Shown: positions 12,601 through 26,500 of the stretch, one piece after another
Layout: every line of letters starts with the position of its first letter
How positions within the stretch are numbered: the stretch's first letter is position 1
The notes under the pieces: generated by a model
The model's database searches: none
What the model was told of the DNA's origin: nothing
What the model saw: only the letters and a program-made list of their open reading frames with translations
Made by a program: the position numbers and the translations under genes
Origin: Bugula neritina
Taxonomy: Eukaryota > Animalia > Bryozoa
NCBI GenBank assembly: GCA_964035545.1
Contig: OZ037766.1
Coordinates: 4,144,722 to 4,208,721 of the forward strand
Reading direction: 5' to 3'
DNA length: 64,000 bases

Positions 12601-14026
12601 TTGTAGTAGCTGACCCCGGTGCCGACAGCAACCGCTGCTCCTCCTAGCAGCAGTGGCGCATACAGTCTGGGCCTGCTGACACCTGAAAATATTACCACGA
12701 TTATACTAGTTTTGACACCACCACATTTCAATGTCATGAAAAATCAGAAAAGTAATAGAATCCAACATTCCAATTTGCATATTTTAGTATTTTCTGCAAT
12801 AACTGCATCAACAATAATATATATATATATATATATATGTAAAAGCTCAACCCTGACCGAGAATGTTTTGCATATTTATTTATAACAATCATTACTGTAT
12901 ATAGCTACAAACTACTTAGGCTACAAGACAATTTGATCAGTTTATATAATAATACATATTTTAATTTCAAATAAACTCTTTCAGGTCTTCTAAATCTGTT
13001 CTAAAGTCAGGTTATTTGAAACATGAGACCCACTATTAGTATTAGTAATCATTCTAATGAGTTTCAACAGAAAATCAACACAAGTAGTATATCCCATGTT
13101 TCATCTTCAGGTCACCTGTTACCCAGTGAGCCACATTTGGCCTTCAAGTGAATTTAAGCCTGACAAACTAAAACTTGTTCACTCAGTAAGTATATAATTA
13201 GAACTTGACTTGGTATGGATCAGTGAGAATTTCCAAATGCCAGTTTCAATATTTATAAAACATTTATATTAACTTTAAATAAAAGTTAAAAGGTAGTAAA
13301 AGAAATTTATTGCAAAACTCAGTCAAACATAAAAGATATTCATATTGACACAGCTAGAGCATTATTTTGATTTCAATTCGCAGAAATCAAAAGTTAAGGT
13401 TTCTCACTTCAATTAAAAACCAAGATCGCTTTGGGTGAAAAGTGAGCTTAACTTTATGCAGTACATAGTTTGCAAGGCCTAAGAGTAAGAGTGACACAGT
13501 GACAGGGCTAACAGTAACACTCACAATTACTAAATAACTATTAGTATTAGTATTACAACCGTGATCAATTCAGTAATTCAATTACAATTACTAATTGTAA
13601 GCTGTCAGCAGTGAAGTAATAAGTACGAGTAAATACAAAAATTGAGTCTAATAACTATCAGTTATAAATATAAGCAAAAGCTATAGCCTATAACTATAAC
13701 TATTACTATAACTATAAGTATAAGTAATAACTATAACTTATTAACTATAACTATAAGATTAATATTATGCAATAACTATTACTGAGTTCAACATTTTAGC
13801 TAAATGCAGAAATAAGTAAATTATTATTACTACTGCATGATCATGTAAATGATATTGATAATACAGCTAAACACATGTTGATGTTCACGTTGAACATGAA
13901 CTTGAAGTTGAAGTTCACTCCAACTTGATTTTCTTGTTTCATGTCTGAAATTGATCACTCACCGGAGCTTTTAAAAGTCGAAAACCTTCTAAAGTATCTG
14001 GAGCTTTTGTTAAATATGCTAGCCAT
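9674..14026 (-). CDS. DyP-type (dye-decolourising, YfeX/class B-like) heme peroxidase, 8 exons, with an N-terminal mitochondrial-presequence-like segment and hydrophobic anchor
   Basis: Exons read by eye: 13963-14026, 12519-12682, ~12241-12432, ~12011-12086, ~11209-11370, ~10663-10787, ~10371-10466, 9674-~9924. Motifs: GGDIFIHAKS; RDLSGFIDGTENP (GXXDG distal Asp); GGSYVITQKWIH; VGR; SHVAR (proximal His); IVRQSQPWG (distal Arg); GLFFIGY; TYWYFPS. Confidence 0.93.
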
Positions 14027-14928
14027 ACTTATACTATAGTGTATGTACTGTTAAATAATACAACTGGGATAGTAGGCTTGCGTTAGGCAGTTGGTGCAAA
14101 ACCAAATGAAAATGGGTTTCGTAACACCTGGAAGTTTTGCAAACCAACTAGCTGGGGGAGGTATAGAATTTATAGCCAATGATCCTACTAATGCGATTTA
14201 ATACGAGTGACTGCCACGGTACCCGTATAGTGAAATGTTTTAGATTTTTTGTCTGAGCAATACTTCGAATTAGATCAGAAAATAAACGACATGTTTAAGT
14301 CGCATCGATCGAAAAATCATTGAATAAAAGCTAGACAACTCTTAAGAGACTTCAGGCGCCTCTTTAATTCCAAGTAAAGGAATATAATACAGCTTTGAAT
14401 AAATTTCTATTCTCAAGCTATAAAACCCATTTTTAAACTCGGTGCTTATAACTATCATCTTGCTGTAAAAATACTTTGTATACTGAAAATTAAAGAAGGG
14501 ATGGTTGTCACATATTGCCATACATTTTTGAGCACTTTCTATACAGGTAGAATATCCACTTCACCATCATTGTCTGGCAAACAAGCTGCTAATAGACTTA
14601 TGTAATCCTAGTGTACAGCTACCTGTTTTTCAACACATAAATTTGTGGCATTTCAAAAACTTATCTTGTATTCACATAATAAGCATCGAATTTGTTCACA
14701 AACTAAATAATTCGTCTGTTCATATATATAGACAACCTGATTCTACTAGACAAGATAGACATGATGAAGTATAACTACAGTTCATGTTTTCAAAAGCCTG
14801 TAAAATTTCCTATTTATATTTATTAGTTCCATAAATAATTGGAGAAACTTTATCAACAAATACGTTCAGATTTAATTTATATTATTCTGAATGCCAAGAA
14901 CAGGAGTTTTAAAACAAGCTAGATACTT

Positions 14929-17900
14929 CTATTGTTCATAATCTGGATTCTTTTTCAAAATAACAAATCCTTCTAAAATGGGCGTGAGTGCAAGATATTC
15001 ATCTGTGGCTAGCTCCGCCCTCTCTCCATGAGCCAGCAACACTGGAGTGGTATGAGTTTGGAATCCAGTGATTGTTTTCGGTTTCCCAGCCTGGCCAACG
15101 ACGTCAACTGCCTGTAATATAGAGAGAGAACACTGACAATTCATTCCACATACACCCAGCACACAGTCTTAACTGTCCATACCATGCAGACTAGTATGTT
15201 GAAGTTTTGTCAAGTGAGTTAAATCACACTCCCACTTATATTAAATCCTACATTCTGCTTTTGAGAATATTTACTACACAATCTGAACTATGAACGTCTG
15301 TTTCTACATTTAAAACTGGTACATTGGTAATACTACAAATTTATGTAAAGCAATACCAATAAGCAACATCTAATTTTGTTAGCAATCATAGATTATTAAA
15401 CAGTAAACAAAGGTAGGGCTGCTGCGAACCTGTCCAACCCGAACTGTGACAGGAAGTGGCCTTAGCTCTTCATCAAATGTAGTCAGCATCCTCGGCTGTA
15501 TTGCTGCCACCAGGTTGAAGAGAATATAATGGGACTTTCCAAGTATCACTGCAAATGAAATACAGAACATACTACTGCCTGTATAAGAGTGAGATGGGAA
15601 AATTAACTGGAGAACATAAACTAATGTAGCTAGGTATAATAGTAAGTCATGAATAGTATGTATAGTATGAAATAGTGTACTATATATGATATATTATAGT
15701 ATATATAGTATGGTATACAGGTTTAGTTTACTATATATGGTGTAACATTGTATGGCATGGTGTAGTATAGCAATACGTAGTATGGCACAGTATAGTATAG
15801 TGTAGTGTAGTGTAGTGTAGTATAGTATAGTATAGTATAGCGTAGCGTAGCATAATATAGTAGAGTAGAGTATAGTATAGTATAGTGTAGCATAGCATAG
15901 CATAGCATAGTATAGTATAGTATAGTATAGTATAGTATAGCATAGTATAGTATAGTATAGTATAGTATACATGCATAGTAGTTAGACCAGCTCCCCATGT
16001 GTCTAGAGTTGAAGATGGGAATAGAGAGATGGTATGTCATACTCACGATTCTTGACATCAAGACAGGAGATTAAAGATGATAAGAGGCCAGCTACGACTA
16101 CTGGGTGCATGAGAGCTCTGTCACTGTGGAATGGGCTAACGGTAAGAGTCCCTTTGCCAAGATGCGTTAGACCTTGGGCTAATCTCACCATAAACAGACT
16201 GCTAGCATCTTTACTGTGGTAGATTGCAAGCTGTCTAAGCATAGCACCGAGTCTAGCATTGTTAGTACCTGCGACAATATTACACAAAATGATTCTCGAG
16301 TGTTATTCAGCGCTGAAGGTAGATCTAGGTTACCTTGAATACAATGTTCACAACTTGTACCCCATATACTCAAATGAGAAGTTATTTGGATAAATATCCT
16401 GGCAAGAGTTTACAAAATGGCAAAAAAAAGCTTTACAGAACGTCACATAAGACTAGCTGTTGATAATGAAATTATGAATGGAGAGATTAACATACCAGCT
16501 CCAACAATACCCATCGCTAAAATAGAATTAGCGCAAACTTCTTGGTCATTGTCGTGAGAAAACTTGCTGAGCGTATCAAGAATCTGGAGCTTGGGGTTTG
16601 ATGGTGAAAGGAGAGCTAAGGCTAAGGGTACAGCCCTTTTTATTACAGTTTCTCCATACCGCAACTAGAAGACAGTGAGATGAATGATTTTACTACATTT
16701 ACATACCATACAACAGAAGTAAAAACTTTGGAAAATAATTGAGGCAACCCACAAAAATACACACAACATAGCTTTAATTTGCTATTTTCTTCCCTATCAC
16801 AAATCTTAAGGCTAATAGAAATAACAAAATCATCATGTGTACGAGCAAAAGAGGTTGAATGAAGGCTATTAAAACATGAGTATGTACACCAATTTTTTTC
16901 TAAATGACAATGAAATGCAGCATGGAATAATAAATGATTAACTTTGGCACCTCATACTATCAAACTACAACCACTGTTATACTCTACACCTAATTCTGTG
17001 GTAATGCTGATTAAAGTAACTGGTAGAAACTTATGTGCTTTCAACTCATATTCAAAACCATCACTTAGTTTATCATTATGAAAGAACAAGTAAAGTGATT
17101 GTAAAAGCATGAGTTGAAAGCAGGACATGAAACAAGGCAGAAAAACACTTACCAGATTGCCGAAAGATCTGATACACATTTCACTGCCGATGTCTTCACC
17201 CATTGCTATAAGAGCTATGCCTATGACAGCGATGCCCTGATGAGCTATCTGCTTGCTGGTTGGCTTATCCTTTGTACTAGTGGAAGTGGCGTCAGCACTA
17301 CTGGTGTCCATCTTCTCTTCTGTGCTGTTGGCTGAAGACTCTGTCTTGTTTTTATCTTTCTTGTCGTTATTATCCTATCACGACACATTACACCTTATAC
17401 AACTTATTACTGCACACAGATTACAGACATGCATTATACAACTTAATATAAATTCACAAACTAATCATAATATCAAGCGTTGCATATGTACTAACCAACC
17501 AGATAATAGTTTTAATCAGGAGTCACAGCATACTAATACCAAAGTATCTAAAGATGTTTAAGTTAGTTGAGTTCAAGTTGAGTCAAGTCTGCAACTCTAC
17601 ACTGATCTCACCTCATCTCTCTCCTCATAATGCTCAGAACAAATGTGGAGAAGTCTTTGTATTTTTAGCACATTTCCTGTGCCCGCGTATGCGCACACAT
17701 CCACAAGTATCTCCGCCATAGACTTCACTGGCTCTGCCACAACCTGCAACAACAAACTTCAACTTACTCGCTCTTCTAGCAATCATGTAACGAATCGGAA
17801 GTCATGCAGTATTTGAAGACGTAGATACAAACCTGCAGAGCCGCAAGAATGGCGTCAGCTGCTTCCTGTTTGCCGAGATAAGTCAGGGCGAGACCAAGAG

Positions 17901-20900
17901 CGAGGAATCTGGCATAGGTTGACTTCAGATCTGCCTCAGACTTCTCCATAAGAGTCTGCAGAATGGTGGAGGTGACGTCGCCGTTACAGCTGCCAACAGA
18001 AATCATGCCACAGGCGAGCGCTGCCATCCCGACAACCTGTGAAACAGTCAGATAGAATTCTCATCTCACTTTACAAAATACCATCTCACTTTACAGATTC
18101 AGCAAGTTGTTTTAGTCAACAGAACAAGTATAGCGGCTTACCTCCATGGAAGCCTTGGAATCACCAAGAACTGGTAATAGTGTTGACAATACATCCTCCC
18201 TGTTTGAGCCAGCATATGCTAGAGATAATCTGTAATAAAGGAAAACAAAGGTTACAGAGTCAACTGCTAAAGGCCAGCAATATCAGTCAGATTTAAACCC
18301 AGAGCCTATGCCCACGAATAACTAAGTATTTAATTTGTTAGTAAGATATTACAAAGAAGCATCATGGGGCAGAGATATATACTTGCTGTTTGACTACAAC
18401 TACTTACTACTTACCCAACAATGGAGCCAATACGTATCATTGTAGTTTGGTGAGAAGTGTAGTCTGAGAGCAAAGCCAAGGCGGGATCGCACTCATTCTT
18501 CACACCAGAGTTGACAATACCACAGGCTAAGAGGGCGCCAGCCTTGATCCAGTCTTCAGTGGAGTACAGATACTTGTCTATCTGGGTGAGACCTCCGTCC
18601 ACGTCCCACAACAACACCATACCGAGCGTAGCCGTGGCACTCATCATACCTGCCACAGTGAGACAATTATCAGATGATATGGTTGGTAGAATCAGCATAA
18701 CAATTACTAAAAGTGGAGTATATATCTATTAAAAAAGTTGGTAAAGTTAGCAAAAAGAAGATAGGTGTATGTGATTGAACTATATACAACTGATTGCACA
18801 CAGTAAAACCCAACACGGTTAAAACTATTAACTGCAACTAATATAAAGAAACCAATTGGCATTTCTATCAGCAAAGCTTTACTTCCTCCTTTACTAATTA
18901 CAATGACATAAATAAATGTAAAAATTTTGCTTGTCATTACGTGATACTTCACAAGAATTGTATGTTATATCAGTGCATCATATTAGTAAACATGTTAATC
19001 CAAAAACACTTCAGAATGAGTTAGGTTTATGTGTTTGTAAAAACTACGATGAAAGAAACACTCACCGTGTTCTTTGTTTTTGTACAGCCATTTATTACCA
19101 TCTTCCATCAGGAGTTTGTCTTGACCAAATCCACAATTAACAAACCCATTGACAAAGGAAGCGGCCAAGTTGGCTCTGGCAGAGTCCACATTACTTCCTA
19201 CAAGCCCTGTAGATACCACAGATTCTGATATGAGATGTCATTTATGGTGAAATCTTCCAACAACTAATACACATGCATGCACACACACATACCCACACAT
19301 ACACACATACCCACACACCCACACATACCCACACATACATACCCACACACACATACCCACACATACATACACATATATACAAGCACATAAATATAAACAC
19401 AAATGTATAGTTGACCAACACTCACGGTTTGGTTCTAAATGTGATTTGAATATATCTTCTGGCACTTTGGGTTCCATAATATCCAACTGCAAAATGCATA
19501 TATAGCTGAGATTACTATGTTCTCGGATACGCTGGCAATGTTAAGCATTTGGTATTTTTATTAAATGAAAAACCTATATGCTTCTACTGCACTTGATATG
19601 TACAGTTCTTGACAATATAATTATATAGTCACAAACCTCTCTTGCTAGAGCTAAGAAATTGTTATTGAGATGCGAGTTAGACATCAATTCAACGAGTTCA
19701 TCATAGTCTTCTGTCTCCTCGTCCAGTTCCAGAAAGATCTGCTGCCGCCCCAACATGTATGCCATCTGTTTCTTTATCATTCTGTATCAGATGGACTTGA
19801 GATTCAGCAAAAAATCAATTTAGTAAAGGCTACCATTTCATGCGACAGAAAAGAACTATTAAGATGCGACACTGACACAGCTAGATTTATAAGTGCAAAT
19901 TTGAATCCCACAAGTATTGAATCTTGATAGTTACAGAAAAGATCATAGCAGACATCTGTATTGCTAGACAAGACTGGAAATATTTCTGATCCTTACTGAT
20001 ATTGTAATCATACACTGAACTTTATTTGCAATAATTTGAAAATTTCACTCTTTTTTTATAAAAATTATGACCATGGACGTGAAAAGAATCTTGAACACAT
20101 GCTGGTTATAGTATTTTGGTAGAAAGCAGAATAGTGACTTACTTATCTGGACATGATACAAAAATCTCGGTGATCAACTCAATGTTGTTTAACTGAATAG
20201 CTAGACGCAATGACTCAGGATATTTGTTGAACTTTCTATTTATAGCTAGACAGGTTTGTAGGAGATTTGTGTTTTCTGGGTCTGGAACGAAAGGTACGCA
20301 GCTGCAAGAAAATACATAATAGAATTAAGATTACTTTACAGATATATATCATATAAAATGTTCACTGGTCAGCAATACTATTGACAATTCACTCCCAACA
20401 AGCCATGAAAACAAACATAACACCTTGCTTACAGGATAAAAAATACAATATAAATACTAAGTAATGGTATAGCCGAATAATACAGAGTGAAGCAAAATCC
20501 ACAGCTGAAATCAAGTGCTGCTAGATTTATCACCAGCCAATTAACAGAGACAAAGGAATTTTTACATAGCAGACAAAGCAGCAATAATCAAGTTCTGGTG
20601 TGAATAATGCTGTGCCGTCACATTGCTTAGTGAAGAAATGAGCTCTAACCTGCCGAGATAGAGACAGACACGTTTGTACACAGAGACATCAACAAACTCT
20701 AGCAGCATGTCCATCTGCTCAATCTCCATAAGTAGATCACAGGCTTCTGCTTCGGTGTTGTGAGACATGAGATACGGTACTATGAGTCTGGAGAGAGCGA
20801 GCAGCGCCTCTCTCCGCCCCTTGTCTTCTGACTCTGTTAGCTCCTGCCACTCGGCAGCAACTTCACCAGTCAGATGTCTACATATAACAATATTTCACCA

Positions 20901-23520
20901 GTCAGATGTCTACATATAACAATATTTCACCAGTCAGATGTCTACATATAACAATATTTCACCAGTCAGATGTCTACATATAACAATATTTTACCAGTCA
21001 GATGTCTACATAACCATATAACAATATTTCACTAATATAAAACACACACATTAACAAATACAAATGATTAAAAAACATTTCACTAATTTGAAATACACAG
21101 ACATAATTCAAAGAACAGAACTTTCCAGTAAAACAACATTTCACCAATATGATATACATACATACATACATAAATACACAGATTTTATTTAAAAAACAGA
21201 ACTTTCAATATAATGAAGAGTTGTCCTACCTGACATACTCATGACCCCAGAGGTCAATATCCCCTCCTCCACCGAGCATTTTATACTTGAGACAATCTCT
21301 GTTACCATCAGTGACTGTCATCCCAAGAACCGATATGACATCAGCGCATGCCGTCTGTTAACAAGTGGTAAAACATAGTAGTAGTGAAGAACATTATAGT
21401 GAGCATGGAGCAAGTACTTTAAGTATAAATACATGTGTGTATGTGACTATGTGTGTGTGTATGTATGTATGTACGTGTGTGGATGTGTATATGTATGTAT
21501 GTGTGTATGTATGTATGTGTCTATGTATGTATGTGTCTATGTATGTATGTGTCTATGTATGTATATATGTGTGGGAGAAGCCAAGAAAATAGAGAAAATT
21601 ATTGGTTGAAGGAAATTGTGGGTATTGGTATCATTAACACAATTGTGAACAACCACAAATACCATTGTGTTTAAAATCTGAAAGAATTGACATTAAAACA
21701 ATTCAATGCAACACCATGTTCCCACAGGATGTACCTTATATAATGCCTACATTTTCATGAGCTTCCATGACTGAAGCTAAGAATAAAGCAGTATTGTTGA
21801 CATACTAATATTCATATGCAATAATTAAGAAAACATATGCAGAAAAATAACTACAGCTGGAATTACCTTAGTGGCCGGGTCTGTGACTTTTTCATACACT
21901 GTTTTCAGAGTATCGTAATGGGGCCTCAGAAACTTGAGAGGTTTTGGAACGCTTGTCATGGAAGTTGTGGCAGCTTTGATCAAAGTTTGCATACTGTCCA
22001 ATGCTGCTTTGTACAAGCCTGCATCACTCTCCTAGAATAAACCATGGTACTCAACCATGATACTATTTCACAAATTGTGTTCCGAATTGAGACAAGCAAT
22101 GAGACTCTTCATTACTTTGTAGGAATAATAAGAACCACAGCATAGATTTATACTGCATTGTTTTATGGTGCCGTTTAAACTCTGGATTCTAACTTATCAA
22201 CCAAGAGCTCTGATGCACCAATAGACAGCTGGCATATATATGATAGACACAATTCTATTAAACATGATAAAGCATCATATTGTAGAAACTTGGATTTTAA
22301 AAAGTCATCACCTTTAAGTAACCATTTATTGACCACACAGGAAGTACAAAGAATAAACTAGGACACCATAGAGGTCAAAGGCCTTTTAAAAGCTGATGAA
22401 ATAATTCATTAGAATATTCTGTTAATATTTTTGGCTTCTTTATTTGTACTGCGTTATTTATGCTGCATGCCAGGTTAAACTATTTAACAACTTTTCTCTG
22501 ATAGCAAAAAGTTAGATAAAATGACTTACCGTGAGTCGCTCCACACACATGTTGAGTTCATCTTGAAGCTGTTTGTCTTCATCAGACTAAAATAATAAAA
22601 CACCTATACAAGTCGAATTGGGACATAGTTTAAACCTTATATTTTTCACTTGAAATCTTAAATATTCAAACATAAATTGCCTCTTGATAACTGTACTTCA
22701 TAAGAATCATAATTTCAAGCCATACTTTAAATGCGGACTATATCTATAGCAATAGCACAATGTACTTGATCTATCAATTTTTTAATTATTTTTATTTTGT
22801 CTGCAATTTGATATTTTCATATAATCAGGAAATAAAAACAATGGTATGATAATTTCATTAAACAGCATACTCAACAAACCATATAGTTGCTGGGCTATAA
22901 GAAATGCACATTTTTAATTCATTCCATCAAATAACTAGGCTAAATTTGAAAGCAAAATCAAAATTATAACTCATCAATATCATAGACCAATCCCTGCATA
23001 AACTGTAGACAATAGAGAATTTAAAGTTGTAGGGCTTTAAAAATAACTCAAAACAAAAGTTATTGTGATTGTTATAGTAAATAAAAATAAAAATATAATT
23101 ACAATAAGCATAACTATAATTACAAAATACAAATATTGAAATAAATGGTTGAAGTCTATACCGGTAATACAAACTCAAAGTATTGAAAGTTTTAATTTTC
23201 TATAGTAATTCTAAAAAAATTAACAGACGGACAACAAAAAAATGATACATTTAGTTTGGTTTGAGCCCGAAAAGTTTTTATTTGTACTCAAATTTGGTAA
23301 ATCATCCTCACGGTGCTGAAAGTGAATACACTAGTTTGAATTACCGCTCCAGTTAGGCTTGATTGTGCATTACTAGTAAAATCTATTAATTATGTTAACG
23401 ATTAGTTTATCACAAACTTACTAATTCGACTTCTTGTTCTGGTTTCTTCTTGTTGTCAGGAGCTCCTTCCTTTTTCTCATTTTTTTCATCTACAACTTCT
23501 TTTTTCTTTGGTTCCACCAT
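14929..23520 (-). CDS. PSMD2: 26S proteasome non-ATPase regulatory subunit 2 (Rpn1), multi-exon
   Basis: ATG 23520 (MVEPKKKE...). Exons [18 protein letters not shown]; [19 protein letters not shown]; WGHEYVRHL; [11 protein letters not shown]; [24 protein letters not shown]; [16 protein letters not shown]; [11 protein letters not shown]; GTNNARL; ending [26 protein letters not shown]...KKNPDYEQ*. Confidence 0.97.
15650..15975. repeat. (TATAG)n pentanucleotide microsatellite in a PSMD2 intron
   Basis: Directly visible; accounts for the spurious YYTIL ORFs. Confidence 0.92.
19268..19385. repeat. CA-rich microsatellite (CACACATACC-like)
   Basis: Directly visible. Confidence 0.85.
20862..21012. 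repeat. 32-bp tandem repeat (about 4.7 copies) spanning a PSMD2 3' splice site
   Basis: Unit TTCACCAGTCAGATGTCTACATATAACAATAT starting at 20862, 20894, 20926 and 20958, with a partial copy at 20990. Confidence 0.93.
21432..21572. repeat. (GTAT)n/(GT)n microsatellite
   Basis: Directly visible. Confidence 0.88.
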
Positions 23521-26500
23521 AGTTGCAAGCTCGCGAATACGGATATTAGATCTGTTATTGGTCAAAATTAAAACCAATGATTGGAAGGAGTTTTATTGGC
23601 CTCTAAGTAAAACGCTTTGTTATTAGTCAAACAGCTAGCCAACCAGATTAGTTATTATTCAACTAGTACTTTCGAGAAAAACATGCTGAACGTTGGCAAT
23701 CGCTAAGGCAGTAAGTGAACGTCAAACTCAAAGTCAAAGTGAGTTTTGCTGAATCTGCTCAGGTTGCGACAAACAGAGTAAGAAATTTAAAAGTGGGTTT
23801 AAAGTTACAACTTTTTAAATACTAGGTATACAATATTTGTATTATTTAATGATGTTCTGCAAACATCATTTCTGTTTTAGTTTATTTTAATTTTACTCTA
23901 ACGTTTTAGCGGAGATAAATTAAAATTTAAAACCATCACCATCGGCATTTGACCATGATCATGATCATGACGATGATGATCATAATGTCAATAATGATGA
24001 GGCATGACCATCACCATGTGCTTGTAGTAGAGCTAATTTTCAGTAGTATTACTGTATTAGTATTACTGTAACTATTACTATTACTAGTACGGTATAAGAT
24101 TCTTTCGCAGTTGATGGCACGGTGTTGAAAGTGAATTAGATTGAAAGTAGCATGCCTTATTTGAATACACAAATGTTTTTATCTATGCCAAATCATATGA
24201 ACAATATCAATATTTTCAGTTTACAAAACCACAAATGTCAAACTCAACCACATACTAATTGGTCACAGGTACAGTGTAACCGGAAAAGAAAATGAACCTA
24301 AAGACTGAGGCAATGAATTCACGGGACGCATGAATACCGCCCTACGCACGGTAAAGCCAGCTTATTTAGCCCACTTTAATCTATAATTTATACGAGTGCA
24401 CGCATAGCCACCCAACCCATGTAAGAAAATAGCATTATAACCGGACCCACTTAAATTAATATATTTAAATGTTCGGCTGTTATAACCGAACCCGGTTTGA
24501 CTTATGTTGATTAGTTTCCGGTTGTTGTAGGACTTGCCCAGGCACCAGAGACCAGACTCAAGTAAAACTAGAAAAAGCCCCATTACAGATAAAGAAGCAA
24601 CCAACTTAAAAAATGGAAGAACTTTAAACCACACCACTGATCAATATATGAAGACTAATGATATTTGTTGTTGCATAATGCATGTTGTTGCAATATTCAC
24701 TGATAAAAAAATTGTTTTTTTATCTATCAAATTATTAAAGCAACATCTAGCTGCTTACTGTAAATATGTATAAATAAAGAAAACTAAAATATTGTTCTGC
24801 AATAAAATGCAACTTTATATTCCTAACTAATATTTTAAAAAATCACTGATTGTCTTTAAACAAGAGTTGACTGAAAACAAAAATATTAAGAGAAAATTTG
24901 ATGCAATGTAGCATTAAATATGCATAAAAAATAATTTACTGTGTATTAAATATTAACAAAAAACGATAAAACAAAAAGGTACAATCAAAAGCATTGACTG
25001 TTGAATGCAGTGTTAGGTACACATAAACCTTTCACCAGCTCGAATAGCTTCTTTATATAGGCCTCGGATGAGGATCTAGCCAATAAACAAGGTGATCAGA
25101 GCCGTTTGCAAGTTTAGCCAATTGCTTGTCAAACTGTACTGGATGCACAAGAACTTCTGCAAGATGGTAGAGAGTTTGGTCCCCCCCAGATCACATCCAC
25201 CGCACACAACCACACTGACTGGCCGGTTCACTTTGGATGAAAGATTAAGATGATCTACTGTTGTACACATCATAAATATTTCTGCACTAGAAGTTCGACT
25301 CATCTGTAAATAATTGTACAAGGTGGATTAACATAGTCTGAAAATAAATACAATTTATTTGAGCAGCTTATAGAACAATTCAATTTATGTTGAAATAGTA
25401 AAATTTGCCACACCATTTGAATTTGGCGTTATTGATATAGGCTTTTGGGTTAGCTATGTAGAGGTTAGAGCACACAGGCTTAGTACACCTGCAAGTTATT
25501 GGGTTTGTTCCTAGTGACATTAACAAGTTTTAATTACTATTTAACTTCTTAAATCCAACACCCATTGATAGAAGGCTTTCTTTAGTGATGCATTAGCAAT
25601 GTATGCTGATATAAAGCCTTAGATGAAGAAAATCAGCAATTAAATCTTGCAAAGCAAAGACATGTTCTTGGGCATCGTCAACAGAGGAACCATCAAGTTC
25701 AACAAAACATAATGTTTACCACAATGTTACATTCATTAATTGTAATTTCATTTGCAAACAAAAATGTAATACTAATTAGTAATTGCATTTAATTTTTGTT
25801 TACCTATAATAAATATTATAGTTACTTGCTATCAATATCATTATGTTTTGTAATAGTGGGTTACACTAATACTAATAGTAATATACTAAGTCTAACTGAG
25901 TATTAGATTTAGTGTAACACTAATACTAATAGTAATACTCAAATAGTAATTACTATTACAACTATAAGTAATTTAATAGTAACACTAACAGTAGCATATT
26001 ACTTATAAATTTTATTAGTATTACTATTAGTATTAGACTATAAGTATTAGTATAACTATAAGATTAAGTATAACTATTAGTATTACTATTACTATTGGTA
26101 TTTATTACATTTTAAACTGAAAGTTAAAGTAGAACTTATTAAATACTTATAGTTATACTTTTATTTTATATTTAAATTAAAGCTGAACTATTGATTGCAT
26201 TTATATTTTAATTTGAAGCATATTAATTATTATAATATTAATTAAATCAAATTACTTTCACTTTGAAGCTTTAGAAAAAGTATAAACCAGAGTCCTCTAA
26301 CGATATCGGAACTAAGGTGGTTACGACCGATGACGTTGCGTAGTCACAGTCTATAAAAATTGAAAATTTAAATGCATTTTACTCATTTAATAGCAGCTGA
26401 AACAAGATATAGTTGCAAAAATATTGTTTATATGATAATATGGCAGTGAGATATGTAATAAAAATAAGCTTAGCTATAATAAATTAAACCAAAATCATTC

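Noticed and set aside
9674-14026. DyP gene as bacterial contamination
   Set aside because: It has seven spliceosomal introns, host-like composition and is contiguous with animal genes
15694-16061. Overlapping ORFs rich in YYTIL
   Set aside because: Translations of the (TATAG)n microsatellite in a PSMD2 intron
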